NCBI GenBank assembly: GCA_020025475.1 | Contig: JAHHSA010000005.1 | Coordinates: 4,933 to 68,932, forward strand | DNA: 64,000 nucleotides | DNA from: Oscillibacter sp. | GTDB lineage: Bacteria > Bacillota > Clostridia > Oscillospirales > Oscillospiraceae | Reading direction: 5' to 3' | In this document: positions 10,273 through 18,960 of the stretch, one piece after another | Layout of the letters: each line of letters begins with the position of its first letter | Position numbering within the stretch: position 1 is the first letter of the stretch | Notes under the pieces: generated by a model | Database searches by the model: none | Seen by the model: the letters and a program-made list of their open reading frames with translations, nothing else | Told to the model about the DNA's origin: nothing | Program-made: the position numbers and the translations under genes

Positions 10273-10535
10273 TTATGTAAACTAATTTGGCCGGGTTCCG
10301 AACATTGGAAAAAGAGCTGATGTTCGGAAATTCCGGCCAATGAGGCCAAAAGAGCCGTCCAACAGCACAACTTACGAAAACCATTGGGTCATTTTGCTCA
10401 GTGAAAACGGCTGTATTCCGGTTTGACCTCTGAAACCATTGGGGCGCAAGGGTTTCAGCTTTCAGTCTCTCCCCCTTTTTACCGTGGAGATCCTACGCCC
10501 CGTATCAAGAGAGCTCAGAGGAGGATTTTCTCATC

Positions 10536-10970
10536 ATGGCAAAAGAAACTGGATTTTTTGCAGAGTTCAAAAAATTCATTGCCCGAGGCAACGTGATGGA
10601 CATGGCTGTGGGTGTCATCGTTGGCGGCGCATTTGGAAAAATTTCAGGTTCCCTGGTCAACGATATCATTATGCCCGCTGTTTCCATGCTCACGGGCGGG
10701 ACTGACTTTAGTCAGTGGAGGTGGGTCCTGCGCGAGGCCGTGTTGGATGAGACCGGCGCTGAGATTGCCCAGGCAGTCTCTATCAACTACGGTACTTTCA
10801 TTTCCACTATATTGGACTTTCTTATTATTGCCTTTGCCGTGTTCTGCATGATCAAGACACTCAACCGCCTCCATCGGAAAAAAGAAGAAGCTCCTAAAGC
10901 TCCTCCCGTGCCTTCCAAGGAAGAAGTGCTGCTGACGGAAATTCGAGATCTGTTGAAGGAAAAGAACTGA
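10536..10970 (+). CDS. mscL: Large-conductance mechanosensitive channel
   Basis: [24 protein letters not shown] ... LLTEIRDLL. Confidence 0.97.
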   Translation: MAKETGFFAEFKKFIARGNVMDMAVGVIVGGAFGKISGSLVNDIIMPAVSMLTGGTDFSQWRWVLREAVLDETGAEIAQAVSINYGTFISTILDFLIIAFAVFCMIKTLNRLHRKKEEAPKAPPVPSKEEVLLTEIRDLLKEKN

Positions 10971-11665
10971 TGAAAGAACAGCTGGAATCTGGTCTCCGGG
11001 CACTTGGCCTGGAAACCGAAGGGGTCCCCTCCCTGCTTCGATATGCGGACATGCTGGTGGAGACCAATCAGGTGATGAACCTCACCGCTATTACAGAACC
11101 CTCTGAAATTGCCTCCCTCCACTTCCTGGACAGCGCCTCCCTTCTGCCCCTTGCAGACTTTCACGGCAAAACCGTGGTGGATGTGGGCACTGGTGCCGGC
11201 TTTCCCGGCGTTCCTCTGCGGATTGTGGAACCATCAATCAAACTGACCCTGCTGGACTCCCTGAATAAGCGTATTAACTTTTTGCAGGGAGTCTGCGATG
11301 AGCTGGGTCTGCAGGATGTGGCCTGCGTCCATGGCCGTGCGGAGGAATTTGCTTCCGAACATCGGGAGAGCTATGATATTGCCACCTCCCGCGCTGTGGC
11401 CTCCCTGCCATTGCTATGTGAGCTGTGCTTGCCTCTGGTCAAGCCCGGCGGCTACTTCCTTGCCATGAAATCCGTGGATGCAGATCACGAACTGCAACAA
11501 GCTTCCAGAGCGATCAGCATTCTGGGTGGCCGGATTGAAAAGGAAACCGATTACGTTATTCCAGGCACTGACGTACGTCATCGTCTTATTTTTATTAAAA
11601 AAATTGGCCAAACGCCAAAAAAATATCCCAGAGCATTTGCAAAAATCAAGAAGAATCCGTTATAA
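10970..11665 (+). CDS. rsmG: 16S rRNA m7G527 methyltransferase RsmG
   Basis: MNLTAI, HFLDS, DVGTGAGFPG, GRAEE, SRAVA, TPKKYPR. Confidence 0.96.
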   Translation: MKEQLESGLRALGLETEGVPSLLRYADMLVETNQVMNLTAITEPSEIASLHFLDSASLLPLADFHGKTVVDVGTGAGFPGVPLRIVEPSIKLTLLDSLNKRINFLQGVCDELGLQDVACVHGRAEEFASEHRESYDIATSRAVASLPLLCELCLPLVKPGGYFLAMKSVDADHELQQASRAISILGGRIEKETDYVIPGTDVRHRLIFIKKIGQTPKKYPRAFAKIKKNPL

Positions 11666-11741
11666 TAGAGATATTGCAGAAGTGAGTCCGGAAATTAAAT
11701 TTCGGACGCAGAGCACGTTTTGGTAAGGAGGGACCTGCCCC

Positions 11742-12497
11742 ATGAAAACCCGCGGACAATGTATCGCCGTCGTATCCGGAAAAGGCGGCACCGGCAAGAC
11801 CTCCTTCGTCTCCGGCGTTGGTTCAGCCCTGGCCCGGAACGGTCACAAAGTCCTCTGCGTGGACTGTGACATCGGGCTCCGGAACCTGGATCTGGCCCTT
11901 GGCCTCTCCGACCGGGCGCTGATGGACTTCTCCGACGTGGCCCAGGGGCACTGTTCTCTGGATTCCTCGGTGGTGGAGCACCCCAACATTCCCGGTCTCT
12001 ATCTGCTGACAGCCCCCGCCCGCAGCCGTGGACGGCCCGTAAGCAATCAGCAGATGCGGGAGCTCCTCCGGGAAATCCGCACCCAGTTCGACTACTGCCT
12101 TTTGGATGCCCCGGCAGGCCTTGGCACCGGCTTTATGCTGGCCACCTGTGCAGCGGATCGGGCGGTGGTTGTCACCACGTCGGATGCCTCCTCCCTGCGA
12201 GATGCCCAGCACACTGTAATGGAGTTGAACCGGTTTCCCCTCGGTTCTTTGCACTTGGTGGTCAACCGGGTGCGAAAAAAAATGCTCCGCAGTATGCACG
12301 CAACCATTGACGACGCCATCGACAAGGCAGGCCTGCCTCTCATCGGTGTCGTCCCGGAGGATGACGCACTGACACTGTCCTTGAACCGCGGTGTTCCCCT
12401 GCTGCTGGCAGACTATGGATCCAGCGCCGCTGCCGCTTACCGCAATATTGCCCGCCGGATCGCCGGCGGCAAGGCCCCATTGCTGCGAATCAGATAA
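11742..12497 (+). CDS. minD: MinD-family ATPase
   Basis: SGKGGTGKT, DCDIGLRNLDLALG, DAPAG, LVVNRV, IGVVPED. Confidence 0.85.
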   Translation: MKTRGQCIAVVSGKGGTGKTSFVSGVGSALARNGHKVLCVDCDIGLRNLDLALGLSDRALMDFSDVAQGHCSLDSSVVEHPNIPGLYLLTAPARSRGRPVSNQQMRELLREIRTQFDYCLLDAPAGLGTGFMLATCAADRAVVVTTSDASSLRDAQHTVMELNRFPLGSLHLVVNRVRKKMLRSMHATIDDAIDKAGLPLIGVVPEDDALTLSLNRGVPLLLADYGSSAAAAYRNIARRIAGGKAPLLRIR

Positions 12498-12523
12498 ACG
12501 AACGGAAAGAAAGGAGCGCGATC

Positions 12524-12937
12524 ATGAACATCGCGATCATGTCCCATGACAACAAAAAGGACCTGATGGTCCAGTTCTGCACCGCTTATGCCGGTATTTT
12601 ATCCCAACATCATCTTTATGCTACCAATACCACGGGGCACATGGTTTCCGAGGCAACCGGTTTGAATGTCCACTGCTTCCTTTCCTACGCTCACGGTGGA
12701 AGTCAGCAGATTGGCGCCCGTATCGCCTACAATGAATTTGACCTGGTCCTGTTCTTCAATGACCCCAACAACGCCGAAATGTCCAACGACATCTCCTATA
12801 TCGCTCGTCTGTGCGACCAGAACAACATCCCCTTTGCCAGCAACATTGCCACGGCTGAGGTGCTGGTGCTGGGTCTGGCCCGGGGCGATCTGGATTGGCG
12901 CTGCATTGTCAATCCCTCTACCCGACCTTTGGCTTGA
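12524..12937 (+). CDS. mgsA: Methylglyoxal synthase-like protein (active site degenerate)
   Basis: MNIAIMSHDNKK, TTG, GGSQQIG, FFNDP, CDQNNIPFASNIATAE. Confidence 0.8.
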   Translation: MNIAIMSHDNKKDLMVQFCTAYAGILSQHHLYATNTTGHMVSEATGLNVHCFLSYAHGGSQQIGARIAYNEFDLVLFFNDPNNAEMSNDISYIARLCDQNNIPFASNIATAEVLVLGLARGDLDWRCIVNPSTRPLA

Positions 12938-12962
12938 CATTTGGCAGAAAAACGCATAAAAT
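12934..12962 (+). promoter_or_regulatory. sigma-A promoter of the hisS-aspS leader
   Basis: TTGACA-17 nt-TAAAAT. Confidence 0.85.
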
Positions 12963-12974
12963 CATGTAAAATCT

Positions 12975-13215
12975 CACCGCGCAGATGCCGCAGCAGTACT
13001 TTGGCTACCAGTCCACAGAGAGAGACGCAGTGCTGAAAACGTCTTGTCTGGTCCACAGGAAGGACAGCGGCGGAGCGGGGGCGGAAACGCCCACGGTCCC
13101 TCCCCGTACAAAGGAGGCCACAAAGGGAACATGGTGTCTGCATGTTCCGAATTTGGGTGGCACCACGAAGCGTATGCTCTCGTCCCAAAACCTTGGGATG
13201 AGAGCATTCTTTTTT
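12975..13215 (+). promoter_or_regulatory. T-box riboswitch (Asp specifier) controlling hisS-aspS
   Basis: Stem I AGAGA/GCTGAAA distal motifs, specifier GAC (13063-13065), T-box GGGTGGCACCACG, terminator ATGCTCTCGTCCCAA/TTGGGATGAGAGCAT followed by a T run. Confidence 0.92.
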
Positions 13216-13270
13216 CAAAAAACGCCTCTCTTTTCCCATAAAATCACAAACAAGAAGGAGATTGCACCCC

Positions 13271-14626
13271 ATGGCTAAAATGACACCCCGCACCCTCTCC
13301 GGCTTTATGGAGCTGCTTCCAGCCCCTCAGCAGCAGATGGAGCGCATCATGGAGACCCTGCGCCACACCTATTCTCTCTATGGTTTCACTCCCCTGGATA
13401 CCCCTGTCATCGAGTCCAGCGAAGTCCTGCTGGCCAAGGCCGGCGGCGAGACCGAAAAGCAGATCTACCGCTTCCAGAAGGGCGACAGCGATCTTTCCCT
13501 GCGCTTTGATCTGACTGTGCCCCTGGCGAAGTATGTGGCCCTGCACTACAACGACCTGACCTTCCCCTTCCGCCGTTATCAGATCGGCAAGGTCTACCGC
13601 GGCGAGCGCGCCCAGCGCGGCCGCTTCCGGGAGTTCTACCAGGCCGACATTGACATCATCGGCGATGGCAAGCTGTCCATTATCAACGAGGCAGAAATTC
13701 CCGCCATCATCTATAAGACCTTCTCCACCCTGGGCCTGAAGCGGTTCCAGATTCGGGTCAACAACCGGAAAATCCTCAACGGCTTCTATGCCATGCTGGG
13801 GCTCACGGAGAAGTCCGCAGACGTCATGCGCACCGTGGACAAGCTGGATAAGATTGGCCCCGAGAAGGTGAAAGCCCTTCTGGTGGAGGAGTTTGCCGTC
13901 TCTGAGTCGGACGCAGACGAAATTTTGAAATTCATCTCCATCACCGGCGACAACAACGCAGTGCTCTCTGCTCTGGAAGGCTATCTGGGCCGGAACGAAA
14001 TCTTCGACCAGGGTCTGGAAGAGCTGAAAACCGTGGTGCGGTACTTGGGCGACTTTGGCGTACCCGCCGAAAACTTCGCCGTAGACCTGACCATTGCCCG
14101 TGGTCTGGATTACTACACCGGCACCGTCTACGAGACCACCCTGCTGGACCACCCCGAGATCGGCTCTGTCTGCTCCGGCGGACGCTACGACAATCTGGCG
14201 GAGTTTTACACTGACCGTCAACTGCCCGGTGCCGGTATTTCCATTGGCCTAACCCGTCTGTTCTACGTCCTGGGCGAGCAGGGGATGCTGAATCCAGAGC
14301 TGCCCACCTCTCCCGCTGACGTACTGATTCTGCCCATGACAGAGGACCTGTCCGCCGCCATTTCCCTGGCCACCAAGCTGCGGGAGAGCGGTATCCGTAC
14401 TCAGCTCCACTGCGAGCAGAAGAAATTCAAGCAAAAGGTGAGCTACGCTGACAAGCTGTCCATTCCCTATGTCATCTTCCTGGGTGAAGATGAAATCAAC
14501 GCCGGAATTGTGGCCTGCAAGGAAATGAAGACCGGTGAACAGACCAAGCTGAATGTGGAAGAGACCATTGCCCGCATTCAGGCCGGTCTTGCCGAGCTGG
14601 AAAAGGGCGCTGTCATTCTGGAATGA
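13271..14626 (+). CDS. hisS: Histidine--tRNA ligase
   Basis: LRFDLTVP, YRGERAQRGRFREFYQADID, ARGLDYYTG, SGGRYD. Confidence 0.97.
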   Translation: MAKMTPRTLSGFMELLPAPQQQMERIMETLRHTYSLYGFTPLDTPVIESSEVLLAKAGGETEKQIYRFQKGDSDLSLRFDLTVPLAKYVALHYNDLTFPFRRYQIGKVYRGERAQRGRFREFYQADIDIIGDGKLSIINEAEIPAIIYKTFSTLGLKRFQIRVNNRKILNGFYAMLGLTEKSADVMRTVDKLDKIGPEKVKALLVEEFAVSESDADEILKFISITGDNNAVLSALEGYLGRNEIFDQGLEELKTVVRYLGDFGVPAENFAVDLTIARGLDYYTGTVYETTLLDHPEIGSVCSGGRYDNLAEFYTDRQLPGAGISIGLTRLFYVLGEQGMLNPELPTSPADVLILPMTEDLSAAISLATKLRESGIRTQLHCEQKKFKQKVSYADKLSIPYVIFLGEDEINAGIVACKEMKTGEQTKLNVEETIARIQAGLAELEKGAVILE

Positions 14627-14759
14627 TGACCAGGGATGCGCATTCCCTTGGAAACTGTCTATCAAAAGAACGGGTTGTTGTTTGAAAAATTCAAGCGCCT
14701 GACAGCGCACATCATGCCCCGGTATAAACAAAATCCAATTTCGAAAGGAATTTATCACT

Positions 14760-16535
14760 ATGATGCAGAATCGTACCCATACCTGTGGAGAGCTGCGCCT
14801 CTCTGACGCAGGCAAGTCCGTCAAAATTGTGGGCTGGATGGAAAACATCCGGGAGGTGGGCGCAGAGCTTGCCTTTATCGTTGTCCGCGACTTCTACGGC
14901 ACCACCCAGGTGGTGGCAGAGACCGCCGAGATGGTGACCCTGTTCAAGGGCATCACCAAGGAGTCTACCATCTCCGTGGAGGGCGTTGTCCGTGAGCGCG
15001 GCTCCAAGTCCGCCAAAATGGCTACCGGCGACATTGAAGTCGTACCCACCAAGGTGGAGGTGCTGGGCCGCTGCCGCCACAACGAGCTGCCCTTCCAGAT
15101 CAACCGAAGCCGTGAGGCCGACGAGACCCAGCGTCTGAAGTATCGCTATCTGGACCTGCGCAATCCCGAGGTCAAGAAGAATATCGTCCTGCGCTGCAAC
15201 GTGGTGGCCGCTCTCCGCCAGTCTATGACCGAGCACGGCTTCCTGGAAATCACCACCCCCATTCTGACTGCCTCCTCTCCCGAGGGTGCCCGTGACTACT
15301 TGGTGCCCGCCCGGAATCACCCCGGCAAGTTTTACGCCCTGCCCCAGGCTCCCCAGCAGTTCAAGCAGCTGCTGATGACCTCCGGCTTCGACCGTTACTT
15401 CCAGATCGCCCCCTGCTTCCGTGATGAGGATGCCCGTGGCGACCGCTCTCCCGGCGAGTTCTATCAGCTGGATATGGAGATGGCTTTCGCCTCTCAGGAG
15501 GACGTGTTCGCCGTCTGCGAGGACGTGCTGCCTCCCATCTTTGCCAAGTACGGTGCCTACAACCGGGCCAGTGAGGCTCCCTTTGTGCGCATCCCCTATC
15601 TGGAGGCCATGGAGAAGTATGGCTCCGATAAGCCTGACCTGCGTATCGACCTGACTGTTCAGGATGTCACTGAGGTTCTGGGCTCCTGCGGCTTTGGTCC
15701 CTTTGAGGGCAACCGCATTAAGGCCGTTGTGGTCTCTGACTTCCACGAGACCCGCAAGTTTATCGACAAGACTCTCGCCGAGGTTGAAGTTGTCTCCGGC
15801 GGCAAGCCCTACTGGTTCCGCCTGGACGAAAACGGTGAAATTGTGGGTGGTATTTCCAAGTTTGTCCAGCCCATGAAGGAGGCTGTTGTCTCTGCTCTGG
15901 GCCTGAAGGCTAACGACTTCGTGGCTCTGTCCGCCGGCTCCCTGGGTGCTGCCCAAAAGACTGCCGGTGTCCTGGTTAAGACCCTGGGTGCCGCTGTCCC
16001 CGGCCACATGGACCAGGAACAGTATTCCTTCTGCTGGATCGTGGACTTCCCCATGTATGAAATCGGCGACGAGTCCGGTGAGCTGGAGTTCTGCCACAAC
16101 CCGTTCTCCATGCCCTCCGGCGGTCTGGAAGTGCTGCTCAAGGCTGAGCGCGGCGAGATCGATCCTCTCACCATCACCGCCGACCAGTACGACCTGGTCT
16201 GCAACGGCGTTGAGCTGTCCTCCGGTGCTGTTCGTAACCACGACCCCGAGATCATGATTAAGGCCTTTGAGCTGGTCCGCCTGGGCGAGGAAGACGTGAA
16301 GGCCAAGTTCCCCGCCATGTACAATGCATTCACCTACGGTGCACCCCCCCATGCAGGCATTGCTCCCGGCGTGGACCGGATGGTCATGCTGCTGGCTGGG
16401 GAAGACTCCATCCGTGAGATTATTCCCTTCCCCATGAACAAAAACGCACAGGACGTCATGATGGATGCCCCCTCGGCCGTCACTCAGAAGCAGCTCGATG
16501 AGCTCCACATTGCTCTGGTGAAGCCTGAGGAATAA
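14760..16535 (+). CDS. aspS: Aspartate--tRNA ligase
   Basis: RTHTCGEL, RLKYRYLDLR, PEGARDY, LPQAPQQFKQLLM, CFRDED, GAPPHAG. Confidence 0.97.
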   Translation: MMQNRTHTCGELRLSDAGKSVKIVGWMENIREVGAELAFIVVRDFYGTTQVVAETAEMVTLFKGITKESTISVEGVVRERGSKSAKMATGDIEVVPTKVEVLGRCRHNELPFQINRSREADETQRLKYRYLDLRNPEVKKNIVLRCNVVAALRQSMTEHGFLEITTPILTASSPEGARDYLVPARNHPGKFYALPQAPQQFKQLLMTSGFDRYFQIAPCFRDEDARGDRSPGEFYQLDMEMAFASQEDVFAVCEDVLPPIFAKYGAYNRASEAPFVRIPYLEAMEKYGSDKPDLRIDLTVQDVTEVLGSCGFGPFEGNRIKAVVVSDFHETRKFIDKTLAEVEVVSGGKPYWFRLDENGEIVGGISKFVQPMKEAVVSALGLKANDFVALSAGSLGAAQKTAGVLVKTLGAAVPGHMDQEQYSFCWIVDFPMYEIGDESGELEFCHNPFSMPSGGLEVLLKAERGEIDPLTITADQYDLVCNGVELSSGAVRNHDPEIMIKAFELVRLGEEDVKAKFPAMYNAFTYGAPPHAGIAPGVDRMVMLLAGEDSIREIIPFPMNKNAQDVMMDAPSAVTQKQLDELHIALVKPEE

Positions 16536-16555
16536 GAAATGCACCCGCTTCCCCA

Positions 16556-16732
16556 GGGGACGGCCGTGCGCCGCAGGCGCTCCCAGCGCCAGTGGGGCCA
16601 AGCGTGATACCACTGCAAATTCTCGCCCGGAGTACCGTTAACCAACTGAGTGTGGCGTGTGCGCAAGGTACAAAACCTCCTGCACACATTCCCCGTTACT
16701 CACGAGAATATGTCCTGTTGCACAGTCGATCC
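16556..16732 (+). ncRNA. Candidate structured non-coding RNA (possibly 6S-like by position)
   Basis: Nested long-range stems with several G-U pairs; no credible ORF; followed by a terminator. Confidence 0.5.
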
Positions 16733-16735
16733 AGT

Positions 16736-16763
16736 GCCGGGCGGAAACATTCCGCCCGGCTTT
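16736..16763 (+). terminator. Rho-independent terminator
   Basis: GCCGGGCGGAA-ACA-TTCCGCCCGGC followed by TTT. Confidence 0.75.
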
Positions 16764-16877
16764 ATCATTGATTCAGTTGCCCGAAAGATACCCTTGCAGC
16801 TGTTGCCAGCGTTTTTCCCCCGGCGCACCATTTACGCAAATATTTTTGTAATATTACGTATATATTTGCGCAAGCTC

Positions 16878-16906
16878 TTGCTATTCTCGTTTCTTTGCTC
16901 TATAAT
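16878..16906 (+). promoter_or_regulatory. sigma-A promoter of the 16966 gene
   Basis: TTGCTA-17 nt-TATAAT. Confidence 0.7.
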
Positions 16907-16965
16907 GTAGGCACACCGTCAGGCTTCCGCCTGTTATTTCGAGTAGATTCGGGAGGTATACGACT

Positions 16966-17439
16966 ATGGCATATCCCAAAACCGGCAATGAAGTATTCAT
17001 TAGCTTCTCTTTGTCCAACACCATGTTCTCCGGCATCGGCAAAGGCACCATCACCCGTGAAGACGTCTCCGTGGACTATTTGAAAGAGCTGTTTGCAAAG
17101 TACGGCGTGATTATCTCCGCCAAGCCCGAGCAGCGTAAGTTGCTGGAAAAGGTGAACGAGACCTACGGATTGAATCTGGACATTCCCGACTCTCTGAAAC
17201 TCATTCAGTTGTCCGAGCAGCACCGCAGACTGGTGCTGATCTCCGTCCAGGGCCTGCGCCGGGTCAACGGTTCTCTGCTGCCGGAGTACACCAACGAGGA
17301 ATTCCAGGAAGCCACCTTCAGTTTCGTGAAGTACTATGTCCAGAGCCGCCACTATGACGAACTGGTGGCAGAAAATGCTCAGCTGAAGCGGGATTTGGAC
17401 GCTGAAATTGCGGAGCGCACCCGTGTTTCTGATATCTGA
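16966..17439 (+). CDS. Hypothetical protein; possible DUF1874/AcrIII-1-like fold plus C-terminal coiled coil
   Basis: GGGAGG RBS, host-like codon usage, own promoter and terminator; family call is by-eye motif similarity only. Confidence 0.8.
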   Translation: MAYPKTGNEVFISFSLSNTMFSGIGKGTITREDVSVDYLKELFAKYGVIISAKPEQRKLLEKVNETYGLNLDIPDSLKLIQLSEQHRRLVLISVQGLRRVNGSLLPEYTNEEFQEATFSFVKYYVQSRHYDELVAENAQLKRDLDAEIAERTRVSDI

Positions 17440-17457
17440 TTGTTTTCCCAAATTGAC

Positions 17458-17493
17458 AAGCGGCACGGCCAATGGCCGTGCCGCTTCCGTTTT
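17458..17493 (+). terminator. Terminator after the 16966 gene
   Basis: AAGCGGCACGGCC-AAT-GGCCGTGCCGCTT followed by CCGTTTT. Confidence 0.75.
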
Positions 17494-17703
17494 GTGGAAT
17501 GCTTCCTTTCAGCAAGTTGTTCCAATGCTGTCATATCATTGCGCCGTTGGCGTCATCATGTGCAGCAGCCCCCATGTACCTTTCTGTCTCCCGCAAGCTT
17601 GCCCGCATTCCACAATCCCCACAATTTGCTGTGGAAATGGCGGCTTTCCTTTCCCTGCGGGATATGGTACACTAATTTTGATCATTTGCAAGGAGGGGCC
17701 CCT

Positions 17704-18909
17704 ATGAAACAATTGACCACTGTCGCCTTGATGACACTCCTGCTGCTATGTCTGCCTGCCTGCAACCAGACCCAGCCTGAGCCCCCGCCCCCTGCACCGC
17801 CTGTAGAGGAAAAGCTGCCTGCACCACCGTCCCCTACGCAGGAGGAGCTGGATGCACGGTTGATTATTGAGGAAATACTGGACCAAATGACCACTGAAGA
17901 GCTGGTGGGTCAGCTATTTTTTCCCCGCTGTCCCGGCAACAACGCTGTGGAGGACATTCAAACCTACCATCTGGGCGGCTATATTCTCTTTGGACGGGAT
18001 TTTAAATCCGCTGATGGCAGTTGGCTCACAGAATCTGAGCTCACCTCCACCCTGGCCGTCTATCAAAACGCCGCCTCCATCCCTCTTCTGATCGGTGCAG
18101 ACGAAGAGGGCGGCTCCGTCATCCGCGCCAGCCGAAATCCCAATCTATTTTCGAACCCCTGCCAGTCGCCTCAGCGACTGGCCAAACGCGGCATCAGCTT
18201 TGCTGAGGATGCCAGGGAAAAAAGTCTGCGGCTTTTGGAGCTGGGTATTCAGGTCAATCTGGCCCCGGTAGCGGATGTCTCTACCAATTCCGCCAACTTC
18301 ATCTACGACCGTACGCTGGGTAAGGATGCCGAAGCCACTGCCGCTTATGTTGGCGAGGTGACCCGTGCCATGTCTGATGTGGGAATTGGCAGTGTACTCA
18401 AGCACTTTCCCGGCTACGGCAACAATGATGATACCCACACTGGCATTGCCATCGACCAGCGGCCGCTGGAAACCTTCCGTGCCTCGGACTTTCTGCCCTT
18501 TTCCGCAGGCATCCAGGCGGGCGGTGGGAAAACTGCCGTGCTGGTCTCGCACAATATCATGGCATGTGTGGACGCAACGCTCCCCGCCTCCCTGTCTCCC
18601 GCTGTCCATGACTTGCTTCGAAAGGAGCTGGGATTTGGCGGTGTAGTGATGACTGACGACCTGGCTATGGATGCCGTCAAGGCCTATGCGCAGGACGGTG
18701 CAGCAGCGGTTCTGGCCCTGCAGGCGGGGAATGACCTCATTATCACCACCGACTACCAAACCCAGATTCCTCAGGTTCTGGAGGCCGTACAAAAGGGTAC
18801 TCTGGACTCTGCCCTCTTGCGCCGCGCCTGCCGTCGGGTCCTGGAATGGAAGCAGGAACTGGGGCTTCTGCCTGTGGGTTCCGCAGAAAATCAATTTCGT
18901 CCAGTATAA
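17704..18909 (+). CDS. GH3 beta-N-acetylhexosaminidase-like lipoprotein
   Basis: Lipobox LPAC, Pro-rich linker, DEEGGSV.R, LAPVADV, KHFPGYG..DTH, MTDDLAM. Confidence 0.88.
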   Translation: MKQLTTVALMTLLLLCLPACNQTQPEPPPPAPPVEEKLPAPPSPTQEELDARLIIEEILDQMTTEELVGQLFFPRCPGNNAVEDIQTYHLGGYILFGRDFKSADGSWLTESELTSTLAVYQNAASIPLLIGADEEGGSVIRASRNPNLFSNPCQSPQRLAKRGISFAEDAREKSLRLLELGIQVNLAPVADVSTNSANFIYDRTLGKDAEATAAYVGEVTRAMSDVGIGSVLKHFPGYGNNDDTHTGIAIDQRPLETFRASDFLPFSAGIQAGGGKTAVLVSHNIMACVDATLPASLSPAVHDLLRKELGFGGVVMTDDLAMDAVKAYAQDGAAAVLALQAGNDLIITTDYQTQIPQVLEAVQKGTLDSALLRRACRRVLEWKQELGLLPVGSAENQFRPV

Positions 18910-18960
18910 TTTAGTCATTATATTACAGATGGTATCTTCTTATACCCAAAGGAGGCCGCT

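Noticed and set aside
12974..13293. Small ORFs upstream of hisS and glyS
   Set aside because: They overlap T-box leaders, which fully explain these regions
16541..16620. HDV-like or pistol ribozyme, SRP RNA or tmRNA identity for the post-aspS element
   Set aside because: The required pseudoknot pairings and signature motifs could not be built from the sequence
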